Of a DNA stretch of 64,000 bases, positions 19,501-33,400 are shown one piece after another. The stretch lies in the IMG/VR virus record IMGVR_UViG_3300045988_050969; one strand, written 5' to 3'. A program made the translations under genes and the position numbers. The notes beneath the pieces were generated by a model, which had not been told where the DNA came from, did not search any database, and saw nothing but the letters and a program-made list of their open reading frames with translations. How positions within the stretch are numbered: position 1 is the first letter of the stretch; the number at the start of each line of letters is the position of its first letter. This DNA is from a virus.

Positions 19501-21434
19501 TTCTCAGGTAATTGAAGAGTTTGATGGTCTACACCAAATTCTTTCTATAACTATTCTTTAAACTATTTTAAATCTTTATAAAATCTACCGTAGTTTAGAT
19601 CTCTAATTATATAACCAGTAGTATTGCCATTCTCGTCTACTTCAAATAATAACTTCTAATTTCTATTTCCTGCTACCTTTAATAGTTTATTTAGTTCGTT
19701 AGCTTTTTGGAATACCACTTCATTTATACTATTCTCAGTATCCTACAATATATTAAATAAACTTTTAATAGCTTCATCATTAATTCTATCTCCAGAACCT
19801 AACACTCTAGTAATATAGCTAATATCAAAATCTGTTTTTCTAGTATTTTCAGATATATAGTTATATATAGTAGGGCTATTTACTTTCATGCCTTCCTTCA
19901 ACATAATTCTCTAGGCATTAACTACTTGCATACGCTTAACTGCATCATAACTCTAATCTAATATACTCTTACATAATTGTAGTTCTGTCATTAACTTATT
20001 ATAATTTGCTTCTCCTACAATTTGTTTATAAGTATTCATGTTTACTAAAGAATTATATATATCTTTAGCCTGTTCACAGTAAAAAGCAAAATAGTTCTTA
20101 TTTAATGCTACGAGTTCTTCATCTGTTAAAGCATCAGCCTGACCTTTATAAGCTTCTACTACTCTATTACCTACATCTCTTACATCTAACTTTAAATCTG
20201 TAATAAAAGAAGCAATAACATCAAAATCATTTATAGCATTATTCTATAAATTAGCTATCTGATATTTTATATTCTCTATTACTTCTGTTCTTTTAGATAT
20301 ATCAGAGATGTCTATACTACGTAATCTAGATTGTAAACCAGAGAGTAAGTTCTATCTTATATCAGATAACCTCTTATCTAACTCTTCTTTAGTATCAAAG
20401 TCATATTTTTCTGCTTCATGTATATTTGTTTCAAGCTGCTTAACTTTATTGTTTAATAACTTCTCAAATCTAACATTAGCAGATCCATTATTATCTTCTA
20501 GGTTAAAAGATAACAATTCCATTAGTATGTCTCTAGTATTCTCTGTATTTCTTACATGTTCTTTTCCGGTAAGTAAATCAACAATTGCAGACCATACTTC
20601 TCTTATCTTACTTATAGCTTCTTTAAATAATCCTCTCTATCTGGCATCATCTACTATATTATTTACAAATTCTTCATTAGTAAGAAATTCAGCTATAAAT
20701 TCAAATTCATCTTTTAAACCGTATAATCCACCAGTCTATTTGCCTTTTTCATCATGTATACTCTAATATAAAGATCTATTAAATTCTAGTAAGTCTTTTA
20801 CTTTATTATATACTTTTATTTCTAAATCAGTACCTATACCGCTTTTAACATTTTCAAAAGATCTTGAAGTAAATGCATGAACCATTTCATGTACAATACT
20901 CTTTGCATTGTACTCCATATTTGTTTCTTCAAATATCTCTTTATTAATCCATATAGTGTGAGTATTATCACTATACCACATGTAATCCCCATTAGCTAAT
21001 TGATCTTTTTCTTCTGTTATACCAATATATACATCAGTATCAGAGAATAAATCAAGTATCTAGTATGCTATAGAATCTTTTGGTATATACTATTTTAATC
21101 GTTCAACTACTTGTCCTGATGTGGTACTCATATGAGGAGAACCATCTGACCAAGTACCAGTAACACTACCTATACTTGAAAAGAAGTCAGAAGGTCGTTC
21201 CTAAGACGGTATAAACGTTTTAGCCATCTGTCTAATAGCTTGATCACGATCTCCATCAAAACGTTTTAAAAGGTCTGAAAACAGCTCAGACTAAGACCCA
21301 TCTGGGCCCTAGTCTATAGCATAACCATTGTTTTCAGATATGATATAATAAGCAGCATCTTCACTGCCTAACACTTTAGCAACTTCATCAACAGCTGCTT
21401 TTACTTCTTTGTTATTTAAATTTAAACACTGCAT
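16521..21434 (-). CDS. large virion-associated protein with N-terminal zincin metalloprotease motif (1637 codons, TAG read as sense)
   Basis: One frame is open from ATG 21434 to TAA 16521 if TAG is sense. ORF-track fragments 16668, 18177, 18534, 19116 and 20763 share the phase and all end in TAG. HEMVH lies at 20877-20891. Confidence 0.65.
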
Positions 21435-21436
21435 AA

Positions 21437-24400
21437 TTATTCACATTCTTTTTTACGTTTCTTACCCATTTCAACAAGATAAGTCATATCTACCACATCT
21501 TCAGTAACATCCATATTGAAAGCTTCATTTGCAATAGAGGAAGTATCTACATTTGCAAAAGGATCTTCTGTTTCTTGTGAGAATTGTTCTTGCATATTTG
21601 AGAATATATCTAACTATTCGTTTATGATGTCCATAGATTCAGATCCGTCAAATGGATTATCTAGACTAAGATTAACGAAATCTGATACATCTGTTTCATC
21701 ATATACTACATTATCTTCAGATAACGGGTCTATATTAAAGGTAGTATCTACTACTTGCGTATCAGATACATCACCTTCCATTTGCTTCTATGTTCCGTTT
21801 ATTTTTACCTAAATATTATCTGAACTAAGAGGTATAAACTGTTTAGTAAATTTACTTCCGTCCTTTAATTTAGGTAATTTAACTCTAGACATTGCAGTTT
21901 CTGCTATAACGCTATCATCAGTTAATACATTTTCATCAAATGCATTCTGATCAAAAGCTGATATATCCAAACCGCCTTTTGCAAACTCGTTAACTCTAAA
22001 TCCATTTTCTTTAATACCTAATTTAGGTATTCTCTTATAGATTAGTTTAGCCCCTCTCTTACTCTTCTTACCTTCATCACTTACATAAGCTATTTCACCA
22101 ATTAATTGATATAACTAAATTGATGTATTATATCCAGAACCGTTATTTACAGTTATGAATTCTGCTCTTCTAGTTCTATAATGAGGAACAGCGAAGCTGT
22201 CATACATAGTAATAGATTTACCTCCAATACTACTTCTAGATTTAGATAATATAATATCATAATCACTACTCTTAGAACGGTCTTCCTATTGTTGTTGGAA
22301 AGGATCGTTACTATTAGGCTTAAGATTGATATTATATTTAGGAACTATATTAGGATCATCCCACATATTTCTAGCTATAGTCAATCTAATAGAAGGGAAA
22401 CTCATAGATTGAGGATCATCACCAGTTTGAGCTATAGAACTATATCCAGATACATCTCCTCCATTTTTAAATTGGTCTAATACTTCTTTAATATTAGATA
22501 CATAACCATTATCTATCTTGTATTGAATAGGAACTAAATGGAAGAATGCATTTACTCCTCTTTCATCATAAGAAGTATAGTATGCATATTTAACCAGATC
22601 TTCTGCAAATTCTCTAACTACATCATCAGTATCTTCAAGTAATTGAGCGAAAGCAGATATTAACTGATTCTCTCTATCATAGTCATTATTCATTGAAGAC
22701 TCAGATAGAATAATTCTGTCTACATTCTAACCTTCTAAGCCATCTGCTGGATATTCCTATAAGTAATTTAATAATTCATTCTTTATAGTTCCATCTTGAT
22801 TAATAAGATGTGGGAAAGCATCTTTGTTAAGTAACAGATATCTTTTGAGTTTGGTTAATCTAGAACACATAGTATTCTTACCTACAAACATTCCTCTAAA
22901 TTGATCATCTGCCATTTTAAGGAAGTCAGTATTAGAAGTAGCTCTAGCTCTAATTATACTGTCAATCATTCTATTTATATTCTGAACAAACTTCTTATCG
23001 CCTTGATGTTTATAGGATATTAAATCATTACCATCTGTGCCTTTAATGATATCTCCTCCTACAATATTACCCATTACTGAATTAAATATATTCTAGTAAG
23101 TCCAAGTTGCGGGGAACGTTTGACTCTTAAGAATCTTTCTAGCTATAGTAGTAGCATTATATAACTTCTTACTTAAGAACGTATTACTAAAGTAGTATTT
23201 CAAAGCATCATCTACTTCCTTACCTTTTATTTCAAATACTCCAGAATTATCATATATAAACGTCTGATATGAATTTACAAAGTTTAACTGCAATGCTAGA
23301 TTGTTACCAAACTTCTTAGTATCAATCTGAGATCTATGTACTAATTCACTAAGTGTTTTAGCATCCATGCTTAATTCTTTATAAGCATGCAATACAATAA
23401 TCTGTTGATATAAGAATGGTAAATTATCCTGTTTTTTATTCTTTAAAGCGTATATAAGACTAGATTCATCAAATACCTGTGTCTTATCTATTACTTCACT
23501 CTTTATTCCAGGATATGCAGAGTACCCAATTTCTTCAGCTAAACCATTATATTTAGCTTTCCAATTTTGTTTACTTTCACCTTCTGGCATAGCGTCTATA
23601 GCTTCCTTAAGTAACTTACCATATACATTGTATAATCCAGTGATTATCTAGTTTTCCTATAGATTTTCAGCTCCATATACTCCCTTACTATTGATAACTC
23701 TATTAGATAACTCTTTTAATATAGGTTGAGCTAAGAAATAGAAAGTATTCTTACCTTTACCACCTCTAAGTAATAGGTTAGTCATATTATAAGTAACCTG
23801 ATTAACATTTAAAGCAATAATATAAGGATCTTTAGCAACGTCTACGTGGGCATTAATCATAGCAGATAACCAGTCAAGGATTCTAAATCCATCTTGACCT
23901 TTAATAGCATCTAAGTCTCCTAACTAATACACATTACTATGACTATATATCATATTAAGATGCATCAACTATGTTAATACATGGTTAGTAGAGTTAAGAG
24001 CAAAAGGAGCAATACCAGCTTTACCACTAGTATACTCTTCTTTTCTAGATTCCTAGAACGAAGGCAATAATTCATAGAAAGGATCTGCTTCTTGTTTACT
24101 AGAACTTGATATTAACGGTAGTACATCATCTTGTAGCATACCAGTAAGAGTATCAATAGATGCTCTAGTCTCAGCCATATTCTTAGTATCTGATACTACT
24201 AATTGATAATTCTGTATTATCATATTCTGCAACGCTTCAGGACTTTGCTCGCTTACTTTATCATTAGTATATTGAACTATATTTCCATCTGTATCGTAAT
24301 TCAGCATAGCAATATATAGTTTATCAACGTCAAAGTCAGAACCCGTCATGGCTGTAAATTCATCCGGAACTACGATAGTATCACTGAATCTATCAGGAAG

Positions 24401-27400
24401 TACATCTACTACTTTAAATGAGAAAGTAGAAGACAAACCCTGAGTAGGGATACGATAACCAATACCTTGTGGAGTAGAATTAGTACCAATTACATTATGG
24501 TCGGTTAACCATTTTTTCATAGCTCCGTAAGAAGTTTGATACTCTTTTGGTACTATATGTCTAAAAAAGTTAGTACTCAAGATAACATCCATACTTCCAT
24601 CTTTATTCAAGAATCTAAGTTTATTACCGCCATTAAACGCACCATTTAACTATGATTCTTTCATTCTAGCATCAGTTGCTTTTAAACCAAATGAAGACAT
24701 CTGAATAGCAGAACCACCAGGAGTATTAATATCTACTACTTCTTTATTTATAAATGATATAATTCTACTTTCAATCCATTGTCTACTACTCTGAGCTGCT
24801 AACGGAACAAGTATATTGCCATCCTAATCAAGAGTAAGACCTTTAACAAACTCATCAGACATACCAGAACTAACAGCCTAACTAACTAAGTAGTCTGATA
24901 AAGCCTTATTATTCAGTTTACCTTTATGGAAGAATCTCTTAATTATTCTCTTATAACCTATATCGGATAACTGATTAATGGCATCCATTGTCTGAGTCTT
25001 AATCTATTGACCAGTTTTAGTAGCAGCTTTATTAGTACCGTACACTCGATCGTCTATAAGATTACCTAAACATATTTTAACAGCCTAGGTACCAAACGAA
25101 CGGTCAATATGCTCATGTGGATCTGTATTCAACTGTAAACGTAAATTACGAATATCTTGAACAAATACAGGCAAATCTCCTTCTTTCTTAGTAAGATTGA
25201 AGGATTTTTTATTTAAACCGTCAACATTAAAGTGTTCGTTTTTAGGACCTTCATAAGCTTCAAATTTAGTTCTACCACCAACTTTAACAGCAGATTCAAA
25301 AGTAACCATGTCAATTACTCCTAATTTATCATTATTCATACGATTATATAAGACTCTATTATCAGCCTTAGCTATTACTTTGAATAATGGGAACATAGCC
25401 ATCTTATCAAATACAGGAACATTCAGATTTATATCACTTTCCCTATGGTCTCCAAAGTATACCATCTTTAACGGTTTAACTACGAGAGCTAAAGTTTTCT
25501 GATATAACTCTGGTTTATTCATCCATGACTCATCTTCTCCTTCCATTATTTGATAAGCTTCTTCGATAGCATCACTCCATTGTCCTAATGCTTTCATAAT
25601 ACGTCTATACATAGCAGGGCGAATATATACAGCAGCATCAGATTGATTGATATTACCACCTACGATATTTCCTTTATCATCTCTTCTGAAGTCATACGGT
25701 CTAGCACTAGCATTAGTATAGCTATCTACAAACTCTTTCTAATTCTGCGTAAGAGAATTATAGAAAGCATCTTCCTTCTATTTAGTAGATAAAGCCTATA
25801 TAACCTCATTGTCACTTAAATTAGGATGAGCTTCGCTGTATAAATCACGTAGAATAGAGTTTCTGAATATACTTTTTAATTCGTCATAATAATCAGAACC
25901 AAGCATATTGTCAGCAAGATGCATTACTGTTACTTTAGTATCATTCTCAGCTGGATTATCCCAGATAGTTCTAAGATTAGTACCAGTAGATAATACAGAT
26001 GATAAACGTTTAATTTTATCCACATCCTTACCGGTTATTATATCATAGGTTTCATTAAAGTGCCCTTTTCTATTAATTTTATATGTTTTCTTTTTCTTAC
26101 GTTTCCATTTATAATAAGCAGGATCTCCTGTAAAACATTTCTCTACTTCCATGATAGAAATAGCCTAATTAGCTACATGAGAACCAATTACAGAGAATAA
26201 TATATCTTGATTCTTAAGACCAGATTCTTCAGATGTATACATTGAATTATTTAGTTCTGATTTATAGTAATCAAATATGTTACTAGGTATTAACTTATTA
26301 ACATATTCACCATTTGAATATCCAAGTATACCTCTTTTTACAAGAGCTCGCATTTCTCTTTGAGTAGCGTGCAGTAACAAATGATTTATTGCAGAGAATA
26401 TAGGAGCAGAAGGTTCAATAACTTCTTTAGAATTAGGTTTAGATGTACCTAACAGTAATACTTTTAAATCTGATAAATACTTCTGAACCTCTTCTGTAGT
26501 ACCATATTGTTCCAATCTAGCTAATTCTTGATTGACATTTAGAACATCTTCACCAAGTCTTAATCTAGTAAAGTATCTGAATCTACCTCCATTACCAGTA
26601 TGATCCATCTTACCATTTTTAATCTTACCGTGGTAATTGTCTACTCTTAATGTAGGATGCTGTGCAATATAATCTTTCTTCTAGAAGTAATCCCATACTG
26701 CATTAAATTCATCTAACCAATAATTAGCAAATATATTAAGAGTACCTTGACTAAATCTTCTTTCTCCTACATAAGTAGAATTTTCAGCTGTTAAATCTTC
26801 TCCAATAATAGCTGCATAATTAGCATCTCCTTCATCAATATATTTACTAGTAAGAACATCTTTTACCATTTTGATACCTGATATACTATACCAAGTCTTT
26901 TTATCAGACATAGTAGGTAATATCATTCTATCATTAAAAGTAAGAGTAAGCTTAGCAATATAATCTTCAACAGGAGTAATACCAAAATAATCTCTACTAG
27001 ATTCATCTATATTCAGTGCTAAGAAAGTGTGCAATTTGAATTTAGTATTCTTAGCATTAGCTATCAAACTATGTGCAGAGAATGGAGTACTTAATATCTG
27101 TTGTTTCTTACCATTAGCATCTTGATTAATGTTACGCACTTGGTCTGTCATATAGTTATTTTCACTGATAGGATAAATCAGCGCACCATCTGCTCCAACA
27201 ACACTAAACTCTTGAGGAGAAGGATGAACCTTACCGTAAGATATTGCCATTACAGCTATCTAACTATTAGAATTTCTACCAAATGTAAACATTCTATCCA
27301 AAGTTCTAGAGTATCCACCACCTGATGTAGATTTTACACCTATGTCTTTAGTTTCAGCTAGTTTAATCAAAGTAGCCAAAGTACCTTCATTAAATCTCTC

Positions 27401-30400
27401 TGTTTTACCAGCTCCAGTGCCTTTCCAGAAATTATATAGCTTATCAAATTCAGTAGCTCCAACATAGAAATTATTAAGCATATAATCTAATGCTAAGTTA
27501 TCCATAGGAATAGACAAAGCATTAAATACATCCAATAAAGTATCCTTTATTTCCTATATCTTAGTATCATCTACCGGTTTACCTTTCTTTATTCTGTCAC
27601 TTACTATTTTAAAAGTAGAACTTAATTTACCTCTTCTATCTTTTAAGAACTTAGCAAACTCTGGTTTAATAAAAGGTCTACCACTATCTGTTCTGTCTAT
27701 AGCATCAGATGCAAAGAACATACCTGACCATCTAGCAGGAAGTCTACCTACTTTACGTAAGTTATCACTATCTTCTACAACCCAATTAAATTTACTTAAG
27801 CTAGATTGTATTTCACTAGCTATTTCATCTTCAGACTTACCTCTTGTATTTATTTTAGGATGCTTAGTAGTAATAGTGTCTAACTGTACTTTAGAACTCT
27901 TTATAGTTATCTCTAACTAAGTTTTAGTATTGTCAGATATAGGTGCTTCTTCCGAAGTAAGAATATCATATAAAGATTTAAAGAAAGGAATAGTATTACC
28001 TAAATTAGCACTTCTATCTATTATATCCTGATACTTATCTATATCCCATAAGTTCTCCATAATCTGATTCCATACAAAATTGAAATCTTCAGTTACAGGA
28101 AGTTGGAACATATCATCATGTACAGGAAATAATTCTTTAGTAATAACGCCGGTTTCTTCATCTTCAACAAATTGGTATTCATACTTAGGTATAGAGTAGA
28201 AGAACAGTTTAGCTCTAAAGCTAACGTTATCTTTCTTACTTACTTCACCTTGATTCTTATCCCAATTGTTTTCAGATTGTTCACCAGTCTCTACTTTTAA
28301 TCTAGACTCTTCCTCATTATCTACTTTTTCTACTTCTCTAATTCCTAATTGTTCTATCTTCTTACGAACATATCTAGTAAATATATCTTTGTTATTTACT
28401 ATATCCTGAGCAATATCTACATATTCGTCAGATATCCAACCAAAGTCTATATTCTACTGTAATCTGTCAAATAACAAAGAAGTATTAAGATTATGAACAT
28501 CCTCTATGGTTCTAATATTAAATATAGATAACGCTCCACTAGTAAGAGAATTAACAGCATGATAGAATACATCTGGATCAGTTATATGAGGTAATTTAGC
28601 TTCTTCTTCCTTTGATAAACCAGGTATATAATAAGATAAACCTTCTGGTTTACGGCTATAGAAATCTTCTAATGCTTGCTTAGAGGCTTTATAATCCTTA
28701 AACTAACCGTCATTTATACTCTTGAAAAAAGCTCTGATTATATTTCTGTGAGAATTCCAGAAGTACAAGGTATTATATATCTTCTTAAAGATTCTAATGA
28801 CATTATATAATAAACCTTTACCGTTTTGATCCTTAGCGTAATTACGGAATTCTTCAGCAAGCGCTTCCTCTGCTTCATCTTGAGTAAGATTTCTAGCACT
28901 TCTTTTAGATTTAGAATATTCTTGATATAACTTAGTTCTCTATTGTTCACTCAATAGCATTTGAGTTACATAGTGGAATGCTTCGTGATATTCTACACCT
29001 GCACCAGATTGTCTAGATAAAGATATACGAGGTATTAATTCGTTAGAAAGTGCATCCATTACTACACTGAACAAACCGTACGCCTCTTCATTAGCTCCAA
29101 ACTTAATCATTTGGTCTGTTACTAATATCTGATCGCTATCTATACCTAACTTATCAAATAACCATTTCTTAGCAGAATCTTCATTAAACTTACCTCTACC
29201 TTTAATAGTTGATTTAAGACCACCTAAGAACTTAATTGGAGTAAGAGTAACTTCTCTTTTACCAGTCTTAGGATTGAGAACAATACCCCATTTAAGGTAT
29301 TGACTTTCTTTCATTCCATTATCTGGTATACTTAATCCATATTTCTCAAGATTCTCAGGAGTAGCTCTTTCTGCAATTACAACTTTCTTACCACTAGCTG
29401 TCTTAGCTTGAGAAGGTTTGCTTACATCTTCTATTACTTTATCTTGAGTATTAACAGTAGGTTTAGGTTTGTCTTGTTGTTTCTATAATTCTTCTCTATT
29501 TATTGTAGCATCATCTGCATATATAAATGGAGCATAAAATGCATGTTCACCTAAATCTGTCTTTAATATTCCATTATTAATAGCCCATGTAATTACTAGA
29601 GGAGAATCAGACACCTTTACAGCCTTACCGTCTTTAAAAGTATAACCTATTTCTTTTAAAGAAAATGTTAAGTCTTTAGAGAATATAGGTATTCTACTGT
29701 TTTCGTCTTTTACTAGATTAGGAGAACTATTAGCTATAGACACTAGTAAGTCTATAAATTCTTGAGGGAATTCAGACATTAATACATCCTTATCAGTATT
29801 CCAGTGTATATTCTATGAAATCTAGAATACTATTCTTCTCTTTTCAAAATCTGTTAAAGTAGCTAAGTTAGTAAATTGTGTACTGAATCTCTTTTCGGTT
29901 CTAGGACCTTCTTGAGTATATACAGTAGCATCTTCACTATAGTATCCATTAACAAAGAATCTATTACCTTTATCATCAGTATATATACCTAATTGCTTTC
30001 TTACTAAGAAATTATACTTAACTCTTTCTACTCCTTCTAAACCATTAGTAAATGTATTAGAGCCACTATTAGCTAATAATGACAATAAGAAAGAATCAAT
30101 TACCTTAGCATTAGAACCTCTTACTGATGTCTGACCAGTAATAATATTAAATATTAACTCAGCAGTAGAAGGAGTAATGGGCTTTCCTTGCTCATCTACA
30201 TTTTGAGTGCCGTCCGCATTGAAGGCTAATTTAACCTGCTCTGGATTGTTTACTCCAGATATTCTATGCAATTCCTCAGATAACATAATAGGCAATGTAG
30301 CAGTACCAGAAGGAGTATTCTCAGGTTTAGGTATAAAGTATATTTTACCAGCATAACCTATACCTTGTGTTTCAGTCTTATCTCTAGTAAACATATCATC

Positions 30401-33400
30401 TATAGAGAAAGGATCAACACCAAATGGACCCGTACCATATCCAAACTGGATATCTCCACTAGTTATTTGTTCAGACATAGCAATAGCATCTTCTGTTATA
30501 CCAAAATCACTTACTTCAGTTAGCTTTCTAAACTTTGGTAATCCTGCCTCATCTAATTGATTATCAAGCTGACCGTTACTTATTCTTATTCCTACAGGTT
30601 TAACATGCTTCCTAGCAGTTAATGGTAATGTTTTAGTAGTAGAATATTCTGGAGCGTAAGCCTTAATTATCTTAGCTCTCAATTCTCTTAACTTCTATAT
30701 CTACTCATCTATTTCATCCTAAGTCATTTCCGTATCTCTCATACGGTCATACAGACTCTAATTGATTGCTCTAACAGATGCATTATACAGTTTACCATCC
30801 TTCTCTATCATCACGTGAATAGCTAAATTATCTATAGCACTATCAAATGACATGTCATGTTTAAAGGATGTAACTACAAAGTATATATCATCAGCTGTTG
30901 ATAACCATCCCGGAATAGCTAAATTATCAGCTAATTCTCTACCTGGTCTTCTATCAACTTTACCACCATCTTTACCTACAAACTTTACAGATTTACCAGC
31001 TACAGTAATAGGCATAACTTCATCTGTATTAGGCTGGAAGAAGAAAGTATTAGCTATATGTAATCTTCTGAATTTCTTTCTAGCAGCTACCCAACCATTA
31101 GTAGACCTATTATAATATGAAGAAGGACCCTACAATCTGGAATCAAAATCGTATGATTCTTCAAATGCAGATTGTTCTAATATATCTTGGTCATTTACAG
31201 GTATTCCGTTTTCAGGATTACCATCAGGCATGTATACTAGCTAATCGTTCTAAGCATCATAAAAAATTTCATCAGATTTTGGAGTGTCCTCTATTTCTGT
31301 AACATTTACTGGATTCTCTACTTGAGGAGCAATATCTGAAGCTGCAGGAGTATCCTCTACTTCTGTTACTGTAGGCTATTCTGCAGATCCTTCTTCCTTG
31401 TCCTGTAGTGATTCCTCAGCAGGAGAAAATTGAGCATCGTCTACTTCCTCCTGTTGCCCCTAAGATTCTTCAGTAGTAGAATCATCTGTTTGCTATTCTT
31501 CTACCTCTTCAGCAATATCTGTAGGTTCTACTGATGTAACTTCTTCAGCTGGATTCTGCATCTATACTTCATCTTCTATATCTTGATTAGTATTAGTAAC
31601 GTCATCCATTTCTACATCAGCTTCTACTTCATCTACACTTACTCTATCTTGTAGAGGAGAACCTTCTATAGCTTCCTCTAACATGTTTAGTTGATCTTCT
31701 AGACTACTTATTTCCTATTCAGCTATCTATACATCTGGTATAGTAACCTCTTCTACTTCATCCATAGGAGCAACCTCTGGAGCTTTTGTTTCAGTATTGG
31801 GAGTTCCTTGTTCTATATTTGTTAAATTACCAGTATCTTCAGCTATCTCCTCTCTACTTACTTGCTCTTGATCTTTTTTACGCTGTAAATCTTTCTGGAT
31901 AACAGACATAGCTCTTTTACGCTGTACTAAATCCTGGTCGGCAAGTTTATCGTCTTTGCTCCATTCTTCATTTACAGAGTTATCATAATCCTATATAATC
32001 TAATCAGAAGTTCTAGTCTTACCGTTTATCTTGTCTGCCTACATCTCATTAGTAAGTATTTGCTTCTGCTGTTCTTCGGTAAGATTATTATAAGTAGGTT
32101 TATACAATCTAGTATCACCTACATATTTTCCAGTAGTATATGCTAAAGCATGAGCGAATAAATCAGCTCTTGCCCCATCATTAACATACTTGCTTATGGT
32201 AGCTACAGATAATTGATCTGCAAAAGGAACAGATAATCCAAGATCCATTACCTGTTCTCCTACTTCTTCTCCTAAGAATCGCTGTATAACTGGTTTACGT
32301 TCTTCTATTTGAGATTCTACATACTTTATAATACCAGATATACCATCTACATTTACATCTAAATTCTTATCCTCTTTTAGTCTTTGTAAATCCTGTTTTC
32401 TTGAATTAAGTTCATCTCTAAGAGTAAGTAAGTCATTGTAATCTTGAACAGCAACCATTCTGCCCATGAATTCATTAGCATACTCTTCTTCAGACAGTAC
32501 ATTTCTTTCACCCAGTAATTGGTCTACGTATTCGGATAATTCCTTTTTACTTCTAGAAGTAATATCAGATGCAGGTAAATCATTAACTATCTGTCTTCTT
32601 CTATCACTACGTTTTTTATCATAGCGAGCTAAATAATCAGAATAATGTTGCTTTATTTCTTCTTTTAAATCAGCATCTTCTCTTATTTTCTGAATAACAC
32701 TTTCTATTTCTCTAGTAGAAGCTTCAGATGCTTCACTAGCATCTTTTAATCTATCTTGAATATATACAGCATTTTTTACTACAGATATAAAGTCATCATT
32801 ATTTATTCCTAGTTCATCAGTTATACTACGTAAAGACTTATTATTAGATAATCTTTCTATGTTATTTACTAATCTTATGTCTTCATCAATCATTTCATTA
32901 GTAACACCTTCAGGTTTAAATTTATCCTTAAGAGTTTCTAAATTATTGATTATTCTAGAATAACCTTTTCTTCCATCAGAACTAGCAGCATTCATGAACT
33001 GCTCTACCTTATTCTGCTTTTCAGCATTACCATATCCGTCAGCAATATAACCTCTCAGATTACTATCTGTAAGGTATTGAGCAGTAGCACTATATACATC
33101 CGGTGAACTAAATACTCCAGACATAAATAATCCAGTAAATCCACCTATATCCATAGATTTACGTAAATCAGCATCACCATTTAGATTCTCATCAGGATGA
33201 ATACCATAGTATGCCATATGAGCTTCTCCTGCTAATTTTAATGCATTAGCAGCTCCCTACAATAGACTATAATCTCCAGCATTATCATACTTACCAGTTC
33301 TATAGTAATTACTTACTACTCCCTGTTGGCCTTCTTCTGTCTTTTCCATGAAGTAAGAAACGCCTAATTTCTTACCAATGTTAGTGAGATTACTTATAGC

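Noticed and set aside
20308-20766. Plus-strand ORFs antisense to late genes (20308..20766, 21516..21812, 33378..33596, 36662..36919, 41240..41542, 46709..47026, 52918..53259, 54205..54450, 58381..58662, 60199..60429 and others)
   Set aside because: They are low-complexity S/L/I/F-rich translations lying entirely opposite long coherent minus-strand frames that carry recognisable domains. They have no start context or neighbouring plus-strand genes and are shadow ORFs of AT-rich sequence.
28738-28950. Minus-strand ORFs in other phases inside large genes (28738..28950, 57754..57969)
   Set aside because: They are out of phase with the continuous TAG-bridged frame that spans them, are short, and carry no motifs.
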